NCBI GenBank assembly: GCA_050084515.1
Contig: CM114271.1
Span: forward strand, 45,880,001 to 45,944,000
From: Blasia pusilla
Lineage: Eukaryota
DNA length: 64,000 nucleotides
Direction of reading: 5' to 3'
Position 1 is the stretch's first letter; each line of letters opens with the position of its first letter. Under the pieces are notes generated by a model. That model was not told the origin of the DNA. It did no database searches and saw only the letters and a list, made by a program, of their open reading frames with translations. The position numbers and the translations under genes are program-made. Below, in pieces: positions 49,181 to 62,141 of this stretch.

Positions 49181-52100
49181 ATTTATCAACAAAAATGAGA
49201 ATGCCTTATCCTTTTCTCTCTATATATGAATCCATACAAATAGCTCATAAACTTTATCTTAGATGATGACATGTTCATACAAGTCACATGAACCTACATA
49301 TGTCATTTTTTGACATGTCACTATACTAAACTACATGAGTTATCTTGAGCTTGGACATATATTAACAATAGGCTTTGGGAATGTTCTTCATTTGGAAAGC
49401 ATGCATTAGATCGACTCTTCAACATCTTAGTAGTCTAATCTTCAATCATTTTATAAGTTTTTGATCTTGTCACCCTCACTTAATATTTTGGGGAGCCATT
49501 AATTTCTAGACTACGCTCTTGAATCTTGATTTGCGCTTTTAGTCGATCTAAAAGAATTTGCGAAGTACTCAAGGGTTTGACAGTGCTCGTGAAGGAAAAC
49601 TGGCCAAGCTGGTTTCTTGGTGCATTGGATCTAGAGCTAGAGGTAAATCGCTTTTTGTGTCTCCAAATTTTACTCATGAGTGCAAAACACTTAACCTTGT
49701 TCCCCATAGAAGGCTTTGTGGATAAATAAGAGGAACCAAGTTCTTCTTGTGATTTGAAGGAATTACTATTCTAACCAAGTTTGGATTTGAACAAAGTCAC
49801 TCTCATTTAGCTTGTTGAACATTATGGTGAAGCCATAGATCAAGGACATGAATTGAAAAATTGCACAAAATCATGTTTTTGGGATGTCATCAAGATTTAC
49901 TTCCAAGGATGAAAACAAATGATGACTCCTTGGAATCATTCTACTATTTCACGGTTCTAGAATGAGGACACTCTCAAAAGTGGTCACGTATTTATGGTTT
50001 CATCCCTGAAATTACGATGGTAAATCGGTATTATTGAAAGGCATCCGACTTTAATTCAAAAAGAAAGTGCCTAGGAAGTGTCGCAATAATGGTGGGACAA
50101 ATATTTTGGAATTAGTCAAGGATGTGAGGCACAATAAATCCTCCACATTATATGGTACTACAAGTTTTCAGAAATAAAAAATAACACGACTTTCGGAACT
50201 ATTTCATAAATCAACAAGAGAATAAAATATCAGATATTTTGGAGGAATTAAATGAGAAGTAAAGGGATGAATTCTATACCAAATCTTCAACTGGTAATTA
50301 AAATTCGGAATCTTTAATTCCCCAACTCACAAAAGGCATAGTGAACTTACAAAAGCATATGCAGCGGATATAGCAGATAATACATGTACGCGAAGATTGA
50401 GGGTAACCCAATTATGACTAATTGTTGTTGTAGCACCTCGATTGATGCCACTAACCCAAGTTTAGATAAGAGAGGCACCGTGTCAAGGGGCCTAATTACG
50501 CGTACATCCACTGCGAATTAGAGAGTGGATTCCAGTAATCCGAGTTTAGGGGAGGGAGGCGCAGCTTAATGAGCACCCTAATTATGCGCGACCCCCTCCT
50601 CCCGTATGTCGTTGCGGTGGCCCTGCCACCGAAGCGAAGTGCGCCGGAGCAGAGATCACAGAAGAATCGCGTCAACTACCAAGAGCTGTGGGGGATGGGG
50701 GCGGTAATGAGAAGTGCTTGACTTTTATCGGTGGCAGCAACTTCGGAGTACGAGTTGCGGTGCGAGATGGGGATTTCTCTCCCACGTCGAGCGCAGAACA
50801 CCGCCGTAGAACGAGCCCTCCTGCGCGCGGAGGTACCATGTCAAACTATTGTTGGTGGACGCAGGATAGGGTGGATTTCCAGCTCTCGATCGCTGCGAAA
50901 TCACCCGATGGTCAAGTCAAGCACGGCTTCTACTCGTTGCGACTGTAGCGGTGGTACTGTAACAGTAGTCGATGCTTGAAGTTACATTTATCATTCTTTG
51001 GGATGGCGCGGATGGTTCCTTTGACTTCACAACTATATACTTCAAATAGGCCCGGAAATTAATGCTACAGCTGCGTCGCGATTCCTTCGTTTCGGGGTTT
51101 TCGTAGCGGCAACCCTTTGCTTTCCCCTGCGATGTGCAGATCCAGCGAGCCATAGGGGATTGTGGTCGACTAGGAGGAAATCGTTTGTTGAGGAGTGTGT
51201 TTGTTGTGAGGTTGTTTCTTTTCTTCCGGGGACGTGGTACTGGAGTCGTTCGGCTCGGTTGCAAACCAGCTTCAACCCCACTTGGTGCGCGTGCGGTGAG
51301 TGAAGTGTGTTCGAGGTTCACACGTTTACAAGAATTTCACAAGCGCCCGGTCATGCAAACTGCGCATGCATAGGAACACGATTATCGATTTCGGGTTGAT
51401 TGTTGGAATATTCAGACCATAGCCCGGTTCGGTTTCTTCGACGTCGGGCTGCATGTGTGCAACTAACGAGGCGAAAGACGGATCTAGATAGTGCAGTCCG
51501 TTGTCGCGTTCTGGAGGAATCGACTCCGGGAGATCAGATTCGCTCCAGTGGCAGACGTGTTGCGTGAGGGAGTAGGCTTTGCGCTGGATCAGGAAACTGG
51601 CAACTTGGCGTTGAAGGCTAGGCGGATAAGCGCCTACGCGAAGTCATCGCTCGCTGCTATCTGCAGGAAGCGATGGGAATTCCACCTAGACATGTGGACA
51701 TAGGGGACAATGAATACAACATGTGTGCGCAGTGAGAGTCCAATATAACCGCGATATCGTCGTAGGATGATGTGGAGGAACAGAACGGCCCGCCATCATT
51801 CGACCACCAAAACGCGGGACTGCAATTTGCGAGTATGATGGCGACGACAAACACGAGTGCACTGCAGCCAAACTCGTATCGCCTCGATGACACGATTCCA
51901 CAGACGACGCATGTGAGCGCACTAAACCCACCACAACGGGCCTTTATTTACTGGGATGGTTCAGCCAACCGACATCCGGACGATCGATCTGGAGCAGAAA
52001 GCCCTACCTTGTAGCCTATCTGCCTCTTATTGACCTGACCCTCAGAGAAGAGCGCTTGTGTTGTTTCACAAGCCTACCGAATCTAATGAAGAGGTCTTAT

Positions 52101-52798
52101 CGTTTGCTTAAGAATGAAGTTAATTCACTGTCTACTGGGAGGATTGGGTCCGCTTTCTCGTCTGCGACGACCAAGTCAGATCCAACTTCGTACATGCGGG
52201 CGGGGGAGCAAGCAACCTGAATTGCCAGGCAGCTTCCCCATGATTTTGGATGGTTGCCTAGGCCTCGCATGAAAAAAGGAATCAATGATGCGACCGAACT
52301 GCCCGAAACATGAGGAAAAGGTAGCTTCCACGATTGCCTCGCTCGCTCTGGGTTCTCGAGGTGGAGTCCGCAGGAAATCTCGCATGACAGAGCGGAGCAT
52401 TCAATGGCTGTTTGCATTGCAAGCAAGGCAAAGCAGCATGGTGATGAAAAGGTCGTAGGCACTTGAAGTACACGCACACCGATGAAACCAGTCCATGAGT
52501 ATGGAATGCGAGTCGATGACAATGGAATGTAACTTACAAGACGAGCCTATATTACAGGAGATTCGATTTTCCCGCATCCAGGGATTGGGGGAATCCTCTA
52601 CAGCGCGGACAGCGACGAGCTAGCGATGTACAAGCAATGAATTTACATTTTGTTGACGTTAAAAAAAAGCCAGCCGACGTTCGTCCCATCACCATGGATA
52701 AAGAATTGCCTTGCGGACTAACTCTGCGTATCGTAACGTAACGAATTTCATGCGAGAAGACGGTGCCACAATTTGAGACACCGAGTGAACCACATCCG

Positions 52799-54406
52799 CT
52801 ACTCGGACTCCATCTTCGGCCTCTTGAAACTGGCAGGCATCGAGAAGTCTCCCACGGAACAAGGAGTTCCGCAGCGGGGGCACACGGGATCCGACTTGGA
52901 TAGCATCACGTATGTGAGGCATCTCTGGCAACCACCGACCATGACCATCTCCCTGGTCTCCTTGTGACTGTCACCTTCGTGCTCGGCGGCCGGCCGTTTG
53001 TTACTATTTTGATTTTCCTTATCGAGAAGTTGGTAGCTGACGAGAGAGGGGCGTGAAGATGTGGAGGTCGAGGATGATGAAGTAGACGGCGACGGGGACG
53101 CACGTGCTACGGAATGGTTGTGCGCATGCGAGTGATCCGATTGCGATGCGGAATTGTTCCTCGCCACTCTCTTGCCCAACATCTTCTCCGTCCTCATGAG
53201 AGCCATCTCCACTTTCTCCAAGGTGCACACGCTATGCTGTTGTCCTTTCGCGTGGAGATCCAGCTGCAGCTCCAGCCCGCTCTCCTGAGGCACAGAAGCA
53301 CCGGGCCTCAGGTTTTGCCCCATCCACTGCAGTTGCCATGGTTCGTTGCCGCTACTCAGCAGCGACGGCCTGCATTCGTCTTTGTCTCGCCCTGAGAACG
53401 ACGGAGATCTGCATACAGTGAGGTCCCCCAGCTTCTCGTTTTCGGATTCTTTCGTGCCGAAAAAGTCGCGAGTCTGGGGGAGCGAGGAGGCCAGCGACAG
53501 CGACGACTGAACATCCGGAACCGACTGCTTCCCGGGATCGCTGTGAGTCTCGGCTCCCGTGTGGCGATTGACGTAATAAACCTTCCCTGACTGCAAATTT
53601 CCACAAAGCGTCAGCCACAGAAGGTAAACATACTCTCGGCAAGCAAGCAAACATTTCTTCAACCGCCGGTTAAGACTGAGACCCGGATCGACCGCCCGCA
53701 GGATAATGACGAAATAGCTACAGGAGCGCACTGTCTCGCATACATACTACCGTTACATGACTTGTGACAAGAGCCCACACAACAGGGGTATAGTCGAGTG
53801 CATGCAATCGCGAGAGAAACCTTGGCATGATGAAGAGAATCAAAATCGACTTCAAACGAGAGATGAAATGCAGCAAGAAGCATGATCTACAGAAGTCGCT
53901 CTGGGAGAAACGAGGCCCAGAGCCGAGGCCAATCGACGCTGAGATTGTCCGTCGAAGTCCCGGATAGGATCGATCGAAAAGAAGTATTTAAGTGACAGAA
54001 TTGGACTCGACGACGGCAGGAAAGGGCTGATATCGAGAAGATTGGGGGGTGGGAATGACAGTGGTAATCCAAAGACACGCCGGAAAAGCGGTTCGAGCTG
54101 AGCCTCACTGACCTTGAGGTCCAGACATTTCTCCCAGCCAGACGGTGGCGGAAGGTCCGGGTCTAGTTCTACGAACTCGTCCGGCCTGTTCTCATCAGAT
54201 GAGGGCTCAGAAGACGCGTTCCCGAACAAATCCAGGGTGGGTCGACTTTCGTGAACTTGACCCATCATCAGCTGCAGCACTTTCTGAGGATCTGCTCCTC
54301 CCCAAGACGATGAAGGCGCAGGCGGGGATTTGTGCTTCATGTGCGTGTACGACGGGCTCCCGAGTTCAGGTCCTCTCCATCCTACCTCCATTGCCACTGC
54401 CATCAT
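52799..54406 (-). CDS. CFL1: WW-domain protein with EAR-like motif and C-terminal zinc ribbon, CURLY FLAG LEAF1 (CFL1)-like (~361 aa; exons 54406-54113, 53590-52799)
   Basis: WW domain PPPSGWEKCLDLK|SGKVYYVNRHTG is split by a phase-0 GT-AG intron. LELQLDL (LxLxL), SVCTLEKVEMAL.R motif, and C-terminal MVMVGGCQRCLTYVMLSKSDPVCPRCG. Orthology to CFL1 itself is not established. Confidence 0.85.
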
Positions 54407-57400
54407 GCGGCTTTCCAGTATATCGTGTCCAGATCGAACCCCGAAGTCGCGCGGGTCCAGATTCTTCGCGGTCTCTGGAGGAGAGGATTTCCAGCACACA
54501 AGGTAACGGCAGAGAATCGAAGCGAGCGCGTCGGCGGGTGACGGGAGACGTGAGGCGCAGCCCAAACGCGAGTATCCCAGCTCTTTTCTCTCTCTCTCTC
54601 TCGTCTCCTCTGGAGAGCAGGAACTAGAACTCTGGAGCGATGAGACGCGCAAGTGAAGCTCTTACACGCGGTGCGAGGGAGACAAATAGGAGGGCGGTAG
54701 AATGAGAGCGAAAGGAGAAGGGAAAGTCAATCATAGTGCAATTTGAAGCTGCAGGCCATCCCCTCAAAGGAGTTGCACTTGAATGACATAAAACGGCAGT
54801 ACAGTGGAGGAGTGGCCCGTCATTAACGCACCCAAAAACAACATGGTCATTAGGAAGGATTTCGCAGACGTGTGTACGTTTTTGTCCTGTACCAGTTTAA
54901 ATCCCTACAAGACAATTGAGCGAAGGTGGAGGACCGGAGGGAGAGAGGGGGGGGGTATTGTTTGATTGATTGATTGCTAACTTGATGTATCTAAAAGACA
55001 AGACAGAAAGTGAGACAAAAGGGCCAATTTTATCCCCAGTCAATGAGAATCCCGCCAGAAATGCGTCCTCCCTGAGGGGCAGATCAATCCTCCTCACGAA
55101 TCTTCTGCAGGCTATCTAGAAAGCCTAGGAGGGGCTCTTCGGATTAATGCCCTTTTATTCCATCTTTCATGGAGCATTTAAGCGCAAAGAAACCATTAAA
55201 ATCACCACATTTATTGTTTTTTGCGCCTATTAGACATGACAGGAAGAGATGGAGGACCATTTTATTTATCTGCGGTCAGCCTCCCACCGCAGCCTGATGG
55301 ATCTGCAGTAAAAAGAAAAATCATTCTTCGCCCTCGTGCATCTGCAGTAAAAAAATAAATTAAATCATTCCACTTACGCCCTAATATAATATTGTTTGGG
55401 ATTATTCCTTCTTCCTTTCCTTCCTTCCTTCTTAGTCGCCATAAAGAGCCCAAAATGGTAAACCCGCTTGCTTTCAAAACTTGCATTTGGCTGCCCAGTA
55501 TAGCAATGCTATATTCAATTCCATCTCATAATTTCACGTGGGTGGTCAATCTAACTCGCATGATTCGCAGGCCCCAGTCGTTAAGTCACACCATGATACT
55601 CTGAGCTAAGTGCCAAGCAAGCCCTCCTAATCATGCTTTGTCAGGAGGCTGATCCAAAGCGCGGAGCCTAATCCGTCTCTCAGCATGATCTCGCCATGGG
55701 AACTACCTCTCATGATCCCGCTACTAATGGAGCGGTAAAATGGCTCCAGCTCGGGCTGCCGCTTTAACTTGGGCTACAAGGAAGAGGAGAGAGGTGGGGG
55801 TGGCGCTTTATGGCGCTGAATAGGTGCAAGCTAAGCGTTGAAGATTTCTTTCAAGAGAAGAGGGGATGGATGAATAATTGAAAAAGGAAAAGAATCAAAA
55901 CTTCAAAGGAAGAAGGAAAGGGTCATAAAAGCGACGCTACTTTACGAGTATATTTAGGACTCGATTCAAATAGCGACCCGCATGTTATGGGTCAAATAAA
56001 GTGGCGATTGGACAGTTACCACCGTGATAACTACCATGGTTTAGCTCCATAACTGTGGTCACCTGAAATGCTCATTCGAAATGGTGCCCCTCTTTATTAT
56101 CATAATCATCAAATCTCTCCCCCCCCCGCTGCGTACGTACCATCCGAACTTTTCCATCCACGCCAACTATTACGTCCATCTCTCTACCATACGAAGTCGT
56201 ACTGTACACATCGCTCTTATGGAGGTACGGGGCGCTGCACAGTGAGGGATCATATGACGATGGATTGGATTCGAGGGACGGTCTAGGGTTTTTGGACACG
56301 ATTCATAATTGGGCGGGCAGGCAGGAGATATCGTAGGGCCCCTCAACGACCCACAGAAGGCGCCTGTAGAGCGTCTTTACGTCGGCCTTTAATGCGAGCC
56401 TACCAGTCGCCGGTTCTTCATCACCCAAAACCCTCGCCCACGGGAAACAAGTAAACGGCTGGCCTGGCCCCGACTGGGACATATCGGAACTTGTGCCGCC
56501 GGCGTCGGGTATCACGGCGAATCCGGAGGGTCAAAGCCCCGACTATGCCCGCCGGCCCCCCATCCCGCAATCGCCATTAATATTTCCCCATCGCCAATAT
56601 TATTCACATTATTAGAAGCGCCAAACCATCCCTCAACTTTTATCGTTTTGGTTTTCCTTTCCTTCGTCCTACCCACCACCCCATTTAATGACACCCAACT
56701 TAATCGCACGTCGCGTCGCTCGTCTTCAAGACGCTCCTCTTCTCGTTTCCGCCCTTCGTTCGCCTTTTCCTCGCGACGCTTGCTTCGTCCTTCCCGACGG
56801 CCCGAGCATGGCACGTCGCACGTTACACATCGTCACCGTTCCATTTCCGAATTTCCCTCAATTAATAATATATATATTCACTAACTGCGCTGCAGTACCA
56901 ACTGCGTCACAGCTCCGGTCAGTCAACGTGTTAACTAACTAAACCTGCGCATGCAGGACGTACTACCACAGTCGGTGCTGAACATGACGGCAGCGTATAG
57001 AGGAATGTATCTACCCGTACTCTCCCTGTGTCCTGTACTGCACTCTACTGCCGTCATAAACTGGGTAACTGATGCCAACCACATCTCGGTGACTTTGCAA
57101 GTTGCGACGACTCCATAAATGCGCATTCGCAGGTAAGTAATATTCTGGCATGTCAAACCGACCATATGTTACCGCGAGTTATTTCTCATAAACCGCTCTC
57201 GTCCTTTCCGGTCAAAACCGGAGCCTGAAAGAAGCGGAGTAAAAGGGAACTATTTCCTCCCTTTCACCTATTTACTTTCATCAAAGCATCATTTTCCTTT
57301 TTCTATTATACATCCATCCATTCATAGATTCGATTCTCCAACGTCATGGTTCATGGGCGACTACCGTGGTACACCCCGTTCGTCGTCGTCGTCCGGCAGA

Positions 57401-58403
57401 CCCCCGGGGACCCGAGCTTTCACGCCTCCGTCGATGAAATCCCGAGTCAGTCGTGTTTCGCCAAAACCCTGACTCTGACAGGCCACTTGGCGCCACCCCT
57501 TGGAACGGAATCCCTAACCTCCTCATTCCTTACTCTAAACCTGTTTTTTTTCCTTTATTCCCAATAAAGTCCAGCATTCAAAGCCCACGTTCAAGATTAA
57601 TATATAGTATTCACGTATTAAAGTTGAATATATCTATTCAAAACAGGAATTGACTTTAGGAACGTATTTTCGATCTCCCATCATTTGAACCCATTTCTTC
57701 CCTTCGGAATTGAATACACTTTATGAGGCTTCCATTTATTTCCGCTGCCTAGTTATTTTTGGATCTCTATAATATGCTTCTTACCCTTCTATAAGACGTT
57801 TTCCTGCGAGGCTCCCTCTCCCCAAGTAAAATGTTAAGTCAACAACCCAATCGCCTTGCGATGTAAATAGAAATGTTCAGCTACAAACTGGTACTCTACA
57901 CTTTCTCCTTCCATCATACCTGATCTGATTAAAGGAGCGTATGTAATAGTTCCCTGTTCATGTATATATAAAGGTGGGAGGAAGGTAAAGAGAGCCGTCC
58001 AAGATTGACTTTCTCTCCAACCGTGAATTTGTAAGAGCAATGAAGGAAGGAAAGAAAACAATACATAGTGCAAGCCGTTGGACAGCTTCGAAAATGGTAT
58101 TGCGCATCCTTATTAAATGCACATAACCCGCCAAAAATTGACTTTCTAATAATGAGAAAATACTGATAATTCTCAATTGGCATTTTGAATATCGCGTATT
58201 AGGCTCAACAAGTATTCTCGCCGGGGCTAACTCCGTATTATAACGCTAGGTTTCACTCATGTTAATCCTTGGACGGTGTCGTTGGGTTGCCAACCCAATA
58301 CGATATAGTATATCCGGTTTATGACTAATACGGCTATTACTTAAGGGTGGGTTGATAAAATCATGTTCTCGTACATATCAGGTTCAAAAGCGAATAATAA
58401 AAG

Positions 58404-60300
58404 TGTTGGGACACAGAGGTCGTATCAGGCAATCATGAGAGAATGGGATCTCTTTTGGATTTGGGGACCACGAGTCCCAACTTCCAAGTGTCATGTGGCA
58501 TAAGTGCGCTGGTAACATTCTTTTTTAGATTGAAACAAGTGATTGTTGGGCCTATCTTTGTTAGGCCAAAGTGAAGTCAAGATGATTAGCAATCGTAGGA
58601 TTAATTGGTGGCTAGATGGTGTATCCGTGAAGGCAACATGATCACCCAAAGCTGGCTTTTCATAGAGGTGAGATCGTGTCTATACGAAGAAAAACATGAT
58701 GAGAAACTTTTAGTTCACCGTGTCCATGAAGACGGGATGATTAGACATCCATGCCTTAATTGGTAGACACGGCCATGGTGTGGGTGTAGGCAAGAATTGG
58801 TGATAAGATGATTTACGTGAGGACAAGTGGTAATGATGATTGCTTAAACTCCCCCTTAATCTATTTTAAATGTATAGTTTTTGGTCCAAATTAAAAACTT
58901 TATCCACAAACTAAGAAATCCTTCCCTCGTCCAAAGGCTATCCCCTCAACAACCATGTCCTTGGAGTATTACTCAATCAACAATAATGTTTTTATGGTAG
59001 CATGGAAGTTCTTGTAACTAGCACTCTAAGTGCTCCTTTCACATAAATTAATAATCAACATCAATAAATTAGAGTCCAGCCATGCTTTTAATAAGGCAGA
59101 CTTTTGGAAGCATGGTGCAAAAAATTTAATCTATTCTATTGTTCTTGTGAAGGACGTCAATTTTTCCTATCCCATAAAGAAAATTGCGGGCCATGGACAG
59201 ACCTTTGTTGTTTTTCTCTCCAAGTGTGCTTATCTCCTTCATTCAACGGGTTTATCTTTTGCTATTTCGCTCTTCTATGGAGTGAATAAGTCTCCATTGC
59301 TTTATAGTGTGCATTGGCAATTGAGATGTATGGAAAAAAAGGTTTGATGTATTTTCTTTTCAAGTATGCTCATCTCCTTCATTCGAGGAATGATATCTCT
59401 TTCGTACTCTATTTCATATTGCAGACAACAAGTCGTTGTTTGGTTTGCAATGTGCCCAAGTCAATGGACTTCCAAAGGGAGCCCAAACAGTGGAGGATCT
59501 CAATAATAGATGTTGAGTGTGGTAGTCACGTTTCCATAAGAGTGATTCATTTAGTTTCCATTTTCGGTGAAGATAAATTTAGGGGGTTTCCCTTTTCCTT
59601 CTCCCTTCATGCCATGGTGGCCTTGGAGTTTATCGACTCTTTGAGCCCTTTTTCTAGTTCTTGATGAGTTCAACCATCCACTTTTATCCCTCATAGAGTA
59701 GAGACGAGTCTAATTTGCTTAATTATAGAATTATATCCTACAAATATAAGAGAAACTTCAAATTCATGTAAAGAATCTCTTGTTCACATGTGTTTTACAT
59801 TCTTCCGAAAACAAAGTTATTGTATCATGGTTTCCATGTGCTCTTGAACATACAATGAACTAGATGCCCACACTTTTCCCCTTTTGAGCAAAAATAACAT
59901 TCTTTTATCAATCGTGTGTACCTAATCAATGTTGGGGTAAAAGAGGCGAGATATAATCTTATGAACTAAGGATTTATTTTAGAAGCATTTTGAACTCCAA
60001 CACTAAATGACTAAGTCCTTCAAATCATGCTCAAAACGAGTTCGTGAACTTTGTAGAAAAGGAATAGGTTCAGAGGCAAGCTTAATTTTATGACATAAAT
60101 TTTTCAAAATTAGGAATGAGAAGATGAAACATGAGAACATATCCCGTGTCATGCAAAATATAAAAAATGAATGACCATACATCGCTTTAACCCCTACCTT
60201 ACACATTTAGATGCTATAAGTTCTTAAAACTCGGGGAGATCCAAATTCTGTCTCACCACATGAGAACAATTGACTTAGAAATTAGAATCCAATTACCTAT
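58404..60300 (-). mobile_element. Possible highly decayed Copia-like LTR element remnant
   Basis: Reverse-strand PPT-like AAGGGGGAG at ~58849-58857 next to a segment beginning TGTTGG (58404). No clear protein motif recovered. Confidence 0.25.
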
Positions 60301-62116
60301 ATACAAAGGCATGGTGCGTTCTTTTATCGAACATGGGGAACCTATACTATAATGGATAACAATGCATGCTTAATAGTGAGATAATAAAATAAATTAATAA
60401 AGGTTTCCAATTTTATTGGTTGATTTACATTTGAGAGTGTATTATTGTATGTTATTTTGGTGGGAGGAGTGGAAAGAGAGGAGTAAGTATTGTTTAAACT
60501 TTTATGGAACGATCTTACTTAAATTCTAACTGAAGAGTGGAATCATTAAGAAGAGTGAAATATTCTAATTCTCTTAAAATTACAAATTTGAAAAATACTC
60601 AAATTTTGAAATAAAATAGGATTATTCTAAAAAAGAATAATTTTCGTCCCAATTGGTCTAAAATGCGAAACTCTAAGACTCTGACCCCGTGACCAAATGG
60701 AACGATTCACACACAAAATGGAATATACACTTTAATAATAAAAACAGAGATGGAAAACCCGTCGGGGTTAAAAAGAAAAGGGGGGGGCACAGAGAGAAAA
60801 AAACCCTCCGGCGGAAACCAGAGACGAAGAGACATAAGGGGGCCTCCCCAAATGGAACGATTCACACACAAAGGGGGTCGAGGAGTGAGTCATTCCCTCA
60901 TAAGCACAAAGTATGAGTGTTTCAACTAAAAATGAAAGCACGAAACAGAATCCATGGTGGCCATTAGCGCCATTAAATTCATCCCTTGTTCGAAGCAGCG
61001 TCGTAGATATCTCCGTAGACATAATGGAAGTGTGGGAGAGAGCGTCACGAGATCGTTAGAGAGAGAGCGCGCACTCATCCACACAAGATGATATAAGCAC
61101 GACACATACCTGATGAGGGGCGTGTTATGAGCGCAAGAATCTATGGGAGGGGGGCAAAACAAAGCGAAGGAGCCATGAATGGTTTAAGTTGATGCAACTT
61201 ATGGTCCCAATCACAAGCGCATTACTTAACTATAACTAAATTTTGCCGCACTGTTGTAGTGGCAGCGATATACACAAGGCCACCATTGAATTCGAGTTTG
61301 AAAGGTGAGGAAAGGCTCTTTATGCGAGAAATGGATAGTACTTCCTTATCATTAGAATCTTTTCATCATAGTTCGCAAGTTGTGGTTAATACTTCGCACT
61401 ACGGATTTATCGTTGGTCAGTACAAGCTCGTGCGAACGGAGGAGCTTTAATGTGCTGCAATTTATTGTTGGATCCAATTCAGTCGCGTCAATAAATGTCG
61501 CGAGTTCCTGCGATTCACCAACAACAAGCACGATGGATCCATTCCATGGCCGTTCGTCCCATGAAGGAGGGCGAGCCCCGGCGAGCGCTGCCTCAGGACG
61601 TCGGCGAGTCGGATTGACGTGAATCGTCGTCGTCGTCGTCGTTAAGAGCTGCGAGGTTACGAAGTCGCGAAGTCCTGCTATTTTTGGACGGTGGAAGCTC
61701 GAAATTACGCGCAAGATCCAAATCTGTCTAGCTATTTGAGCCGTTTGCTAAATCGGAGGTGCTAGTCGTTTAATGTCACCTTTGCCCAAACAAAGGAGCT
61801 CGCCACATGGACGAGCCATAGGGATTCTCTATAGTGCTCTCCCTCGCTCGCTTCTTCCGGTGGTGTAGCTCGCGCTTGAGTAGGGCTATTAGCATTGATG
61901 AGCGCGTATTAGGGTAGCCTCATGGCAGCGGCAGCAGCAACAACAACAACAAACGCCGGGCACGCACATCATCATGTGAATGAATGAATCATGAAGAGAA
62001 TAGGCCCGCAAGTGAACGACGCAGGGCCAGCAAGGCACGCAACGTTGACACTGGACTCCAGATCTCCTCGTCTGTCGGTTTGGCTCATACTCGCCTATGC
62101 GATGGCACGATGTACA

Positions 62117-62141
62117 GATCGATCGATCGATCGATCGATCG
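62117..62141. repeat. (GATC)n self-complementary microsatellite
   Basis: GATCGATCGATCGATCGATCGATCG. Confidence 0.9.

Noticed and set aside
54145-54627. 160-aa plus-strand ORF and other ORFs antisense to the CFL1-like, GatA and Dpy-30-motif exons
   Set aside because: Shadow ORFs of GC-rich coding exons.
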